A stretch of 64,000 nucleotides of DNA, from assembly GCA_963815195.1 (NCBI GenBank), contig CAWFGE010000015.1:160001-224000 (forward strand), in the 5' to 3' direction. Positions 42,324 through 54,868 of the stretch are shown here, piece after piece. The position numbers and the translations under genes were made by a program. Source of the stretch: an uncultured Planctomycetaceae bacterium. GTDB lineage: Bacteria; Planctomycetota; Planctomycetia; Planctomycetales; Planctomycetaceae. Under the pieces are notes generated by a model that was given only the letters and a program-made list of their open reading frames with translations, ran no database searches and had not been told where the DNA came from. Within the stretch, counting starts at the first letter, position 1, and every line of letters begins with the position of its first letter.

Positions 42324-44796
42324 ATGCTGTTTCGATCCGAGCCGAATGGAAGAAATAAGCCGATCCGCCGCGAGTTGGCGGGATGGTTGCTGATCGCCGT
42401 GCTGTTGCCGATGGCGGTCGTTTTTGGTGAAACGCCAATCGTATTGCAGCTTCAGATCTCGCCGAAGTCGGTTCGATTGAACGGCCCCAATGCCGAGTAC
42501 CAATTGCTGGTGGAGGGAGTCTTCGCCAATAACTCCCTCAAAGATCTCACCCACGAGGCGGAATATGAGTCTTCCGCTCCCACTGTTGCGACCGTGACAA
42601 AATCTGGATTGGTGCGGGGCGTCAGCGATGGCACCGCGGCGATCAAGGTTTCCGCGGCGGGGCACGAAGAATCGGTGACGGTGCAGGTTCAGAATACCGA
42701 AACGCCGCGGCCGTTGCATTTTGAGAACGACATCATCCCCATTTTCAGCCGGTTTGGTTGTAATGCCTCGGGCTGCCACGGCAAGGCGGAAGGGCAAAAC
42801 GGTTTTAAGCTGTCGGTGTTCGGATTTGATCCGCCGGCCGACCGCAGAGCCCTCGTGATGGAAGGCCGCGGCCGGCGAGTGTTTCCGCCCGCTCCCGCCC
42901 GAAGTTTGCTGCTGTTAAAAGCCTCCGGCGGAATGCCCCACGGCGGCGGTGTGCGGATCGCCCCCGGGTCGGCCGAGTATCAAAGGCTGTATGATTGGAT
43001 CGCCCAAGGCATGCCCGCCGGGGCCGCGGATGCCCCGCAGGTGATTCGCATCCAGATCACGCCCCGCGAACGTCAATTGGCCATGCAAGGAGAGCAGCAA
43101 CTCCGTGTGATTGCGACGTATTCGAACGGACGCGAAGAAGATGTCACCCGGCTCGCGCGGTTTCAAACCAATCAGGAAGCCATCGCCAACGTTGATGAAC
43201 GGGGCCTCGTCACCGCGGGACAAACGCCGGGCGAGGTGGCGATCATGGCGGCGCATCTGGGGCATGTCGACGTGTTCCGGGCGATCATCTCCCGCCCCGG
43301 GCAGCCGCTGAAACAATCCGCACCGCCCCGGTATAACTTCATCGACGAGTTGGTGGACCGGAAGCTGCAAAAGCTCAACATCCAGCCGTCGGCGCTTTGT
43401 GATGATGCCACGTTCCTGCGGCGGGTGCATTTGGATCTCATCGGCACGCTGCCCACCGCCGATGATGCCCGCAAGTTTCTGAAAGACCAGAGCCCCGACA
43501 AACGCCAGAAGCTCGTGGGGCAGTTGCTCAAACAGCCGGAGTTCGCCGACTATTGGGCGCTCCAATGGGCGGACCTCTTGCGCGTGGATCGGCTCGCGTT
43601 GGGACACAAGGGGGCTTATGAATTCTACAGTTGGATTCGCGATTCCTTCCGCAATAACAAACCTTACGACCAGTTCGTGCGGGAACTCGTCGCGGCAGAG
43701 GGGCCGGTGTCCAAGGCTCCCGCGGGGCATTTTTATAAGGTCGTCACCAAGCCCGGCGAGATGGCAAGCACGATTTCGCAGGTGTTCTTGGGCACGCGGA
43801 TCGAATGTGCCCAATGCCATCATCATCCGTTTGACCGCTGGAGCCAGACCGACTACCACGGCATGGCCGCATTCTTCACGCAGGTGAGTTTCAAAGACAG
43901 CCCGCAAGGGCCGTTGCTGGGAGCCTTCCGCGATCAGCCGACCAAACATCCCCGCAGCGGAGATGTCATCTTCGCCCACGCCTTGGGCACCAAATCGCCC
44001 GAAGCCGCCCCGGAAGGCGACCGCCGGCAGTTGCTCGCGGAATGGATGACCGAAGCCGGAAAATCCCTGGCTGGCCCGCAGTTTGGCGAATCGGCTGTGG
44101 GCGCATTTTTGCGGGCGGGGTTTGGTCGAGCCGGTCGATGATTTCCGCCTCACGAATCCGCCCAGCAATCCGGAACTGTTGGACGCTCTCGCGAAAGAGT
44201 TTGTGGAGCATGACTTCGACATCCGGCATCTGATGCAAACGATCATCGCGTCGCGGACTTATCAGCTCGCCTCGGAACCGAACCCTTCAAACATCGAGGA
44301 CGAGCAAAACTTTTCGCGGGCGCTGTTCAAGCGGATCGACGCCGAGGTGCTCTTGGATGCCGTCTGCCAGACGACAGGCGTGCCGGAAAAATTCGAGGGC
44401 GTGCCCCAGGGTTCGCGGGCCATCCAACTTTGGGACAGCCAGGTCACACACGATTTTCTAAAACTCTTCGGCCGGCCGGTGCGGGCGACGGCCTGCGAAT
44501 GCGAACGTTCCGTGGAACCCAGCGTGGCCCAGGTGCTGCACGTTTTGAACTCCACAAACATTCAAAGCAAACTCTCCCACGCCGGCGGGACCATTGCCGC
44601 GTTATGCAAACGCTCGGCCGATGATGCCGCGCTCGTCGAGGAACTCTACCTCACGTTTTACAACCGCTTCCCGGCCCCGGAAGAACAAACCGCACTCACC
44701 CAATACCTCGCGGAAAAAGCTGGCAACCGCCAGACCGCCGTCGAAGACATCGCCTGGTCGATGATGAACTCCACGGAATTTGTATTTAACCATTAA
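42324..44796 (+). CDS. Ig-like (Big_2) + DUF1549/DUF1553 protein; frameshift at ~44050
   Basis: CNASGCHG, FLRRVHLDLIGTLPT, CAQCHHHP, NRLWAHFCGRGLVEPVDD, CECER, EFVFNH. Confidence 0.92.
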
Positions 44797-44838
44797 AGGC
44801 TGGGTGCTTTGGATGGCACCACTTTGAGGAGACAACCG

Positions 44839-46161
44839 ATGTCCGTTCCCCTGCGTTATTGTGATGGCATTCCACGCCGGGATGTTTTGCGATTGGGTGC
44901 CGCTTCCATTGCGGGCGGGGCATTGACGCTGCCACAACTTTTGGCCGCGAAGACCGTTTCGGCGAAGGACGATGTCTCGCTGATCATCCTGTTCCTCCAA
45001 GGGGGCCTCAGCACCATCGACACCTTGGACATGAAGCCCAATGCCCCGGCGGAGTTTCGCGGCGAGTTCGATCCGATCGACACCAATGTGCCCGGCGTGC
45101 AAATTTGCGAGCATCTGCCCCGGCTGGCGAAAGTGGCCGACAAGTTTTCGCTGGTTCGGAATTTCACGCATGGCAATTCCAGCCACGGGCATGCCGACCA
45201 TTACATGCTCACCGGCTATCATCCGCGGCCCGGATTCAACGGCGGCCTCAAACCCAACAACCAGTACCCGGCGCATGGCTCGGTGATTGCGAAGATGCGG
45301 GGGCCGCGCGGCTCGGTGCCGCCTTACGTGTGTCTGCCGAAGATGCACAACTCCGCGGGGGCGGCGTATTTGGGATCGTCGGCGGCTCCGTTCGTCGTCG
45401 AGTCGGACCCGAATGCTCCGAACTTTGAAGTCCCCGACCTCGCCCCGCCCTTGGAAGTCGATGCCTCCCGCTTGGGAAACCGCAAACAGCTCTTGGCGAC
45501 GGTGGACCGCTATCAAAACTCCGCCGCGATCCAAGCCAACGCGAAAGCCCAAGCCCAGAGTACCTTCCAGGCCAAGGCGTTTGATCTGATTACATCGTCG
45601 GCGACGAAAGCGGCCTTTGACATCAGCCAGGAACCGGACCGGCTCCGCGAGGAATACGGCCGGCATTCGTTGGGACAGTCGTGTTTGATGGCCCGCAGGC
45701 TTGTGGAAGCCGGCGTCCGCTGCATCACCATCGACCACACCAACTGGGATACGCACTACAACAACTTTCATGTTTTAAAGAACGATCTCTTGCCGCATCT
45801 GGATACCGGGCTGACCGCGCTCCTCAAGGATCTCGCTGTGCGGGATCGGCTCAAATCCACGCTCGTTGTGGTGATGGGCGAGTTCGGCCGCACGCCGCGG
45901 GTCAACAAATACGCCGGCCGCGACCACTGGGGGCCGGCGAATTGCATCCTGCTCGCGGGCGGCGGCATCGTGGGCGGCCGGGCGCTGGGTGCCACCAATC
46001 CCCGCGGCGAGAAGCCCGAAGGCGAGTCCGTCGGCCCCGAAGATTTGTCCGCAACCATGTTTCGCTGCCTGGGCATCGACTTCAACCACGAGTTCCACAC
46101 CCCCGAAGGCCGCCCGGTGAAAATCGTCAACAACGGCCAGGTCATCGCGGATCTGTTTTGA
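44839..46161 (+). CDS. DUF1501 domain protein
   Basis: PRRDVLRLG, GGLSTIDTLDMKP, WDTH, GEFGRTP, GRDHW. Confidence 0.93.
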   Translation: MSVPLRYCDGIPRRDVLRLGAASIAGGALTLPQLLAAKTVSAKDDVSLIILFLQGGLSTIDTLDMKPNAPAEFRGEFDPIDTNVPGVQICEHLPRLAKVADKFSLVRNFTHGNSSHGHADHYMLTGYHPRPGFNGGLKPNNQYPAHGSVIAKMRGPRGSVPPYVCLPKMHNSAGAAYLGSSAAPFVVESDPNAPNFEVPDLAPPLEVDASRLGNRKQLLATVDRYQNSAAIQANAKAQAQSTFQAKAFDLITSSATKAAFDISQEPDRLREEYGRHSLGQSCLMARRLVEAGVRCITIDHTNWDTHYNNFHVLKNDLLPHLDTGLTALLKDLAVRDRLKSTLVVVMGEFGRTPRVNKYAGRDHWGPANCILLAGGGIVGGRALGATNPRGEKPEGESVGPEDLSATMFRCLGIDFNHEFHTPEGRPVKIVNNGQVIADLF

Positions 46162-46173
46162 GGAAAAGTTACG

Positions 46174-46902
46174 ATGCGGATTCGTTGCTTGATGCTCAAT
46201 GCGGCGATGTGTGTCTTGACCGTCGCTGCTTCGGTCCGAGCCGAAGATGCGCCGCCGATTCGGATTGTGGTCATCGGCGATTCGACCGTGGCGTCTTATG
46301 CCAAGCCGCCGAAAGATCGGCCCGATCTCACGGGTTGGGGCCAGGTCTTCGGCGAGTATTTCGGGCCGAACGTCCAAGTCCTCAACCACGCCAAGTCAGG
46401 CCGAAGTTCCAAAAGCTTTCAGAAAGAAGGCCTCTGGACAAAGGCCCTCGAAGATAAGCCGGATTACGTCTTCATCCAGTTCGGCCACAACGATTGTCCG
46501 GGCAAAGGCGACCGCACCACGGATCCCGCAACCGATTTTCGCGACTACTTGCGGAAGTACATCGAAGATTCCCGCAAGGCGAAGGCCCGGCCGATTCTCG
46601 TCACGCCGATGACCCGGCGGGTTTTTCAAGGCGGAACGATCCACACCATCTTAAGACCCTATGCCGAGGCGATGATTGCCGTCGGCCAGGAGCAAAAAGT
46701 TCCCGTGATCGACCTGCATGCCGCGAGCGTGAAGTTGTTCAATCGGCTGGGCGATGCGGGGAGCGCGGACCTCAGCGCGAGTTCGAGCGACCGCACGCAT
46801 TTTTCGCGAAAAGGCGCGAACGCCATTGCGAAGCTCATCGTCGAGGAACTTCCCGAAGCCGAACCCCGCCTCAAACCTTCTCTCCAAGAGATGTCCAAGT
46901 AA
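46174..46902 (+). CDS. Secreted SGNH esterase, rhamnogalacturonan acetylesterase-like
   Basis: Signal peptide; GDSTV, GWGQ, SGRSS, QFGHND, DRTH. Confidence 0.9.
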   Translation: MRIRCLMLNAAMCVLTVAASVRAEDAPPIRIVVIGDSTVASYAKPPKDRPDLTGWGQVFGEYFGPNVQVLNHAKSGRSSKSFQKEGLWTKALEDKPDYVFIQFGHNDCPGKGDRTTDPATDFRDYLRKYIEDSRKAKARPILVTPMTRRVFQGGTIHTILRPYAEAMIAVGQEQKVPVIDLHAASVKLFNRLGDAGSADLSASSSDRTHFSRKGANAIAKLIVEELPEAEPRLKPSLQEMSK

Positions 46903-46903
46903 C

Positions 46904-49243
46904 ATGCCGAAGTTTTCCCGTTCCGTGCTGTTTGTGCTGATGGTTTTCGCATCGGGTTTTGCGTTCGCGGATCCGCCGGGGGCGTCTTATATTTTTCCGG
47001 CCGGCGGACAGCGCGGGACCGAAGTGGCCGTGCGAATCGGCGGCTTCAATCTGCATGAGACGGCGAAATTCCTCCTGGACGGCGGCGGGGTGACGGCAAA
47101 CCCTCTGGCCAAGCGCACGGAAACTCTCTGGTTCGAAGGCCCGCTGATTCGCCAGCCGGATTCCCAACGCAAGGAAGACTATCCCAAGGATTATGCGAAC
47201 GTCCTCCGCATCGAAAAAGATGCGGCGCTCGGTGTGCGGACGTGGCATCTGGCGAACTCGCAGGGCGTGACGGCGGGAAAGGAATTCATTGTCGGCGACT
47301 TGCCGGAGATCGTCGAACAGGAGATCGACGGCAATCCGATTCCCACGGCGATCAAACTTCCGGTGACGATCAACGGCCGCATTTTTCCGCGGGAAGACAT
47401 CGACATTTGGACTTGCGATCTCAAAGCCGGTCAGGTGGTGACGTGCGAAGTCAACGCCGCCCGCTTGGGTTCGCCTTTGGATTCGCGATTGGAAATCCGC
47501 GATCCCCAGGGACGAATGATCGCCGAGAACGTCGATGCCCTCGGTCTCGATTCCCGCGTCCGATTTCAAGCTCCGAGTGACGGCACTTACGAAATTCGCA
47601 TCCACGATGTGAACTTCGGTGGCTTGCAGGATTACGTTTACCGTTTGACCGTCACCACCGGCCCCTGGCTCGATGCGGTTTATCCCTTGGGGGGAAAACG
47701 CGGCAGCACGGTCCGACTCCAATACCAGGGCGCCCGTATGCCCGCGGAACCCGTCGCCGTCGATCTTCCCGATGACACAGCCGATGCGATCTTTCATCAC
47801 GCGATCGTTGATGGAAAACCGACGAACGGCGTGTTGTTCGATGTGGACGATCTGCCCGAAGTGTTGGAGCAGGATAACAAAGCCGAAAGCGCCCAAGCCG
47901 TGGAATTGCCCGTGGTGCTCAATGGGCGGATCGAAAAGCCGGGCGAAACGGATGCGTGGTCGTTCTCGGTGAAGAAGGGGGAAGAGTGGACGTTTGAGGT
48001 GAAAGCCTCGCGGTTGGGGTCGCCTTTGGATTCCGTTTTGACGCTACTCGATGCGGACGGAAAACAAATCGCCCAGGCCGACGATCAGCCCAAGGGCCAA
48101 ACCGATGCGCTTTTAAAAATCAAAATCCCCGCCGGCGGTGAGTATGTTCTGAAGATCAACGACCGCTTCGCGTCCCGCGGCGGCTCGCGGTTTGCGTACC
48201 GGATTCGGGCTTCCCGGGAAGAGCAGCCGGGATTTGAGCTTTCGCTGCCCGCGGATGCGTTCACGCTCACCCGCGGGACGGATTTGAAAATCAAACTCGA
48301 CGTAAAGCGGTCGGGCGGTTTGACGGAGCCGATCGAACTCACATTCGACGGTTTGCCCGCGGGCGTGACCGCGACGGGAACGACCATCGCGAAAAACAAA
48401 ACCAATGCGCAGATCGTGCTCAAAGCCGAGGACAAAACGCCCGTGGCGTTGCATCAGATCACGATCACGGGCCGGGCGAAGCTCGGCGAAGAAACCGTCG
48501 AACGCCGGGCGGCGTTTGCGCCCGCGTGGGGGGAACGGCAGGCGGAAGAGTTTCTGCTGGCCGTGGCGATTCCCACGCCCTTCCAGTTCTCGGCGGAGTT
48601 TGAATCGAAATTCTCGCCGCGGGGCAGCATGTACTCCCGGCGGTATCAACTGGATCGCGGCGGATTCGAAGGCCCCATCGAAATTCGCCTCGCCGACGTG
48701 CAGGCCCGGCATCTGCAAGGTGTCACCGCCGAGCCGATCACGCTCGGGCCCAAGGCGACCCGGTTTGAGTTTGCGATTTCGCTGCCGCCCTGGATGGAAG
48801 TCGGCCGCACGAGCCGGACGTGTCTGATGGCGGTTGGAACCGTGACCGATTTCGACGGCACAAAGCACCCGGTGTGCTTTGGCACGACCGAACAGAACGA
48901 GCAGATGATCATTCTAACCGACCCGGAACGCCTGGGCGTGAAACTGCTGCGGTCGTCGCTGCGGATGAAGCCCAACTCGCAAATGGAAATCCCGGTCGAA
49001 GTGCAGCGGGGCGTGGGCTTGTCGGGCGCGGTTCGTGTCGATGTCATCCTGCCCCAGCATTTTCAGGGCGTCGCGTGCGAAACGATCACCGTTCTCGCCG
49101 GGAAGCATACGGGAACGCTGACAATTCAATTCGGCGGCAATCCGGGGCCTTTCAACAAGCCCCTCACCGTCCGCGCCCAGATCGCCGATGAACAGGGCCG
49201 ACCCGTGACCGCGGAATCCGCGCTGGAAATCGTCGCCGACTGA
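46904..49243 (+). CDS. Secreted PPC-domain protein typical of DUF1501/DUF1549 operons
   Basis: IFPAGGQRGT; repeated NGRI...D.W...RLGSPLDS...GxY.IRI.D. Confidence 0.85.
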   Translation: MPKFSRSVLFVLMVFASGFAFADPPGASYIFPAGGQRGTEVAVRIGGFNLHETAKFLLDGGGVTANPLAKRTETLWFEGPLIRQPDSQRKEDYPKDYANVLRIEKDAALGVRTWHLANSQGVTAGKEFIVGDLPEIVEQEIDGNPIPTAIKLPVTINGRIFPREDIDIWTCDLKAGQVVTCEVNAARLGSPLDSRLEIRDPQGRMIAENVDALGLDSRVRFQAPSDGTYEIRIHDVNFGGLQDYVYRLTVTTGPWLDAVYPLGGKRGSTVRLQYQGARMPAEPVAVDLPDDTADAIFHHAIVDGKPTNGVLFDVDDLPEVLEQDNKAESAQAVELPVVLNGRIEKPGETDAWSFSVKKGEEWTFEVKASRLGSPLDSVLTLLDADGKQIAQADDQPKGQTDALLKIKIPAGGEYVLKINDRFASRGGSRFAYRIRASREEQPGFELSLPADAFTLTRGTDLKIKLDVKRSGGLTEPIELTFDGLPAGVTATGTTIAKNKTNAQIVLKAEDKTPVALHQITITGRAKLGEETVERRAAFAPAWGERQAEEFLLAVAIPTPFQFSAEFESKFSPRGSMYSRRYQLDRGGFEGPIEIRLADVQARHLQGVTAEPITLGPKATRFEFAISLPPWMEVGRTSRTCLMAVGTVTDFDGTKHPVCFGTTEQNEQMIILTDPERLGVKLLRSSLRMKPNSQMEIPVEVQRGVGLSGAVRVDVILPQHFQGVACETITVLAGKHTGTLTIQFGGNPGPFNKPLTVRAQIADEQGRPVTAESALEIVAD

Positions 49244-49367
49244 TGGACGCGTAGGAATTTCCGGGAATATCTGGGGCCTCGTTTGGATCAAAGCAAGAGG
49301 GTTCACCGTCCGCAAAACGCGCGGCTGTTCAATTCTTGCTCTTCCAATGAATGAATGAGGCCAAACC

Positions 49368-50252
49368 ATGCAGAAGTTTCTCTATTGGGGCTGGATCCTG
49401 GTCTTGTTCATCGGCTGCGGCGGCAAAAATGCCGAGTATTTCGCCCAAGGTGAAAAAGCCCCGGCCGCAGCGGAGGCACCCGGCGAGGGGGCGGAACAAC
49501 CGGCCGCGGACGCTCCGCCGCAACAGGTGGATCCGCAGAAGGCCGGCGAGCGGAAGATTATCTACGCAGGCCGGGTTTCGCTCGTTGTCGAAAACTTTGA
49601 AGAGATGGAGACCGCAATTCCCGATCTCGTCAAACAGTACGCCGGCTACCTCGCCGAGGCGGACATCAACCGCACGGAAGGCCGGCAGCGGTCGGGCCGG
49701 TGGGTGGCCCGCATCCCGGCGGAGCGGTTTGCGGATTTTCTGTCGGCGGTCTCCAAGCTGGGCATCGCTGAGGACCAGGAGCAAACCGCCCAGGATGTCA
49801 CGATGGAGTACATGGATCTCGAAGCCCGCATCGCCACGCAGAAACAGCTCGAAGAGCGGATTCTCGAACTGTTGAAGAACCGCGAAGGCAAGCTGAGCGA
49901 TGTCATCGAGGCCGAGCGCGAGCTGGCGCGGGTCCGCAGCGAAATCGAATCGATGGAGGGCCGCCTGCGGTATCTGAAAAACCGCACAGCCTACAGCACG
50001 GTGACGATCAACGTCCGCGAGGAGCAGGACTACATCCCCGCCGCCGCCCCGGACTTCGGCGGCCGCATCGGCAAAGCCTGGCAGGAATCTCTGCGAACGC
50101 TCAAAGAAGCCGGCCAGAACATTGTGATCGCGGTGGTGGCGATTGTTCCGTGGATCATTCCGATCGCCCTTATCCTGTGGGGCATCTTGTGGGGCCTGGC
50201 CTTCACCTGGCGACGGCTCCGCCGCCCGAAACCGTCGGCCGCGGCGAAGTAA
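49368..50252 (+). CDS. DUF4349 lipoprotein
   Basis: Lipobox FIG-C; RKIIY, QDVTMEYMDLEARI, EIESMEGRLRYL; C-terminal TM. Confidence 0.88.
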   Translation: MQKFLYWGWILVLFIGCGGKNAEYFAQGEKAPAAAEAPGEGAEQPAADAPPQQVDPQKAGERKIIYAGRVSLVVENFEEMETAIPDLVKQYAGYLAEADINRTEGRQRSGRWVARIPAERFADFLSAVSKLGIAEDQEQTAQDVTMEYMDLEARIATQKQLEERILELLKNREGKLSDVIEAERELARVRSEIESMEGRLRYLKNRTAYSTVTINVREEQDYIPAAAPDFGGRIGKAWQESLRTLKEAGQNIVIAVVAIVPWIIPIALILWGILWGLAFTWRRLRRPKPSAAAK

Positions 50253-50273
50253 CATTTGAAGGCGGGACTGCGA

Positions 50274-50593
50274 TCAGGCGTCGAGATCCAAACGAGTGCC
50301 GCGCTGTTTTTGGGGATCGGTGGACCGCGGTGCGGGAGCGGGTTCGCCGGGTAATGGGGCACCGGGCGGTTGTTGTTCTTCCGATTGATAAAACTGCCGG
50401 CCGTCGGCGTCGCGGTCGTCGGATTTCTCGGAACCGTGAAGGCCCGTGGCGTGGGCGTTGGCGCTCTCGACCGTCTTGGCGGCGGCTCCGTCGGCTTTCT
50501 CCGATTTCTGGGCCGAGGAGTTTTTGCCGGACGGCGAGATCCCGGAGAGGGAACTGGGCAGGGACTGCGGACCGAAGCCGGGGTTGATGGAAC

Positions 50594-50597
<4 letters not shown>
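50274..50597 (-). CDS. Small low-complexity hypothetical protein
   Basis: 4-nt overlap with the glgX stop; DRDADGRQ and terminal RGTRLDLDA. Confidence 0.6.
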
Positions 50598-52921
<2,324 letters not shown>

Positions 52922-53064
52922 CCTGAACTCTCCTGGCGTTTGTGGCCCCCATCGACCGGAAGTTTTCCGCGGATCGTCCCGGCCTCACGGAAAAGGCAAC
53001 GGCTCCGTCAAGGGTGTCGATTAAGAACGCATGTCCAATAACCTCTGGCGGGCGAGTCAGAGGG

Positions 53065-53093
53065 ATTGTAGCGAGTGCCCCCCGCTGCTGCAA
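53065..53093 (-). promoter_or_regulatory. Putative sigma70 promoter of glgX
   Basis: TTGCAG-17 nt-TACAAT. Confidence 0.55.
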
Positions 53094-53176
53094 TTCGGAC
53101 CGAAACCCCGCAGAACCTTAACTGGAAGCGAAATCCCTAAGCCATTGCTGCACAATGTCTTTTGACGCTTCCTAAA

Positions 53177-54730
53177 TCATTTTCCGCCGTTTTGTCGCCG
53201 TTCGCGGATGTCCTCTTTGAGCATGTTGATGCGTTCCTCGGAGAGGTATTTCTCGACGAGGCCCGTGGCGTTTTCACAGATTTCGCGGACCTTCCGCTGG
53301 GTCAGGAGGCTTCGCTGCTGCCGGGCCGCGTCCAAGGCCGGCACCCGGATCGAGGCGATCTGCTCGCGAAATTCCTCGATGGACGGAAGCTCATCGAGCT
53401 TCTGCATTTCCTCGTCGACTTTTTTCCAATCTTTTTGCTCGGCGTATTTTCGCGCACGGATCATGAGGGCGGCCCGGCGGGCCACGGTGTCGATCAGGCG
53501 GGCCTTTACCTGGATGATGTCGCCTTCCACGGCGAGGCGGATGCTGTCGTCGGGCAAATCCAACACGATCTCCGGCACCAACCCCGGCGCGAACGGCACA
53601 AGCGCCAAGAGGGCATTTCCGCTGTGCACCCGCAGCCAGAGAATGTTGTGCTCCGGATCGACGGGGATCTCCAACCGGCCTTCGCGGTCGGTCATGCGTT
53701 TGAAGAGTTCGGAGGACTCCTGTTTCTTTTGATCCTTCGCCTTGTCTTTATCTTTGTCGGCCTCGGGGTATTTCTCCGCGGTCGCAGTGACGTAATGGCC
53801 CGCGAGCTTTTTGCGCGGGTTCTTGCGGAGGATCAGTTGCAAACTCGTGGAGGGAAACCGCACCTTCCGGGCGACCGCAAGGGACTGTACGCGTTTGCTC
53901 ATCTTGGCTCCGAAGGGCGTGCGGATGCCCGTCACCAGGGACGCTTCGACCCGACCGCGGGCGATGCTTTCGACCACCAGATAGGTCCAGGGCAGAAACT
54001 GCACTTCCCGCACGGTGCCGTTCTTGTTGTGGTAGCGGAAAAACGCGATCAAGATCGTGCCCGGCCGGATCTGCACGCGCAGGTCTTCCGCGCTCGGATC
54101 CCGCGCGACGTTCCCCGGCACAAATCCGCCGGCCCGGAGTCGCAGAGACACGATTCTTCGCGCCACGTCGGCATTCTCGACCTCCAAGAGCGGATGGAAC
54201 AACTCGGAGAGCAGCCGAAACAACCGCTCGGGGACGGCCCGGCGTTCCAAGGTCTCCTCTTCGGAAATCGCGCTCAATTCCTGCGTGAGGTCGTCCCATT
54301 CCCGGCCGGCCAGCAAATATTTCGAGCCCGAACGATCGACCGTGAGGAAAAACTGCTTGTCGAACTCCGGCGGCGGAGCCTCCTCATCTTCGGCCAGCGC
54401 TGGCGGAGCGAAATCTTCCGCTTGGAGACGCTCCAAACCCAACGGCTCGGCCGGCCGGACTTCGGCGGTTTCCTCCACAACGTACTTCCATTGCCCGCCC
54501 GTGGTGCGTTCGATCGCCGATGACAATTGGTCGAGCACCTGCCGTCGGAACGGCGAGGTCAATAAGGGATCCGACCCAAACGCCACCGCCACCCGCACGC
54601 GGTAAGGCTTTAGTTCATAGGGTGTCTCTTCCACCTTCTTCGCGGGCGTTTGAGCGCGGGCAGTTCCGGCCAGACAGAAAACCATCCAAACAAACACAAG
54701 GGCACGAAGGGATATCGAAAACGGATTCAT
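53177..54730 (-). CDS. Exported hypothetical protein
   Basis: Signal peptide ending ARA-Q; ~517 aa; last gene of the ExbBD operon. Confidence 0.75.
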   Translation of the reverse strand: MNPFSISLRALVFVWMVFCLAGTARAQTPAKKVEETPYELKPYRVRVAVAFGSDPLLTSPFRRQVLDQLSSAIERTTGGQWKYVVEETAEVRPAEPLGLERLQAEDFAPPALAEDEEAPPPEFDKQFFLTVDRSGSKYLLAGREWDDLTQELSAISEEETLERRAVPERLFRLLSELFHPLLEVENADVARRIVSLRLRAGGFVPGNVARDPSAEDLRVQIRPGTILIAFFRYHNKNGTVREVQFLPWTYLVVESIARGRVEASLVTGIRTPFGAKMSKRVQSLAVARKVRFPSTSLQLILRKNPRKKLAGHYVTATAEKYPEADKDKDKAKDQKKQESSELFKRMTDREGRLEIPVDPEHNILWLRVHSGNALLALVPFAPGLVPEIVLDLPDDSIRLAVEGDIIQVKARLIDTVARRAALMIRARKYAEQKDWKKVDEEMQKLDELPSIEEFREQIASIRVPALDAARQQRSLLTQRKVREICENATGLVEKYLSEERINMLKEDIRERRQNGGK

Positions 54731-54800
54731 TAAACCACAAAGACACGAAGAGGGTGAAAGAATAAAATGATGGTTCACAGAGGCTCAAGTTGCGTTTTTG

Positions 54801-54864
54801 TGAGCGGCTGGGCGCTAGCCGCCGGCTCTTCACGCAAAACCGGCGGCTAGCGCCCAGCCGCTCA
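54801..54864. repeat. REP-like inverted pair (family A)
   Basis: TGAGCGGCTGGGCGCTAGCCGCCGG / CCGGCGGCTAGCGCCCAGCCGCTCA (perfect 25-bp stem). Confidence 0.88.
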
Positions 54865-54868
54865 GACG

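Noticed and set aside
54690..54755. Imperfect direct repeat CACAAxGxCACGAAG
   Set aside because: Only two short degenerate copies, one inside a signal-peptide coding region; not enough to call
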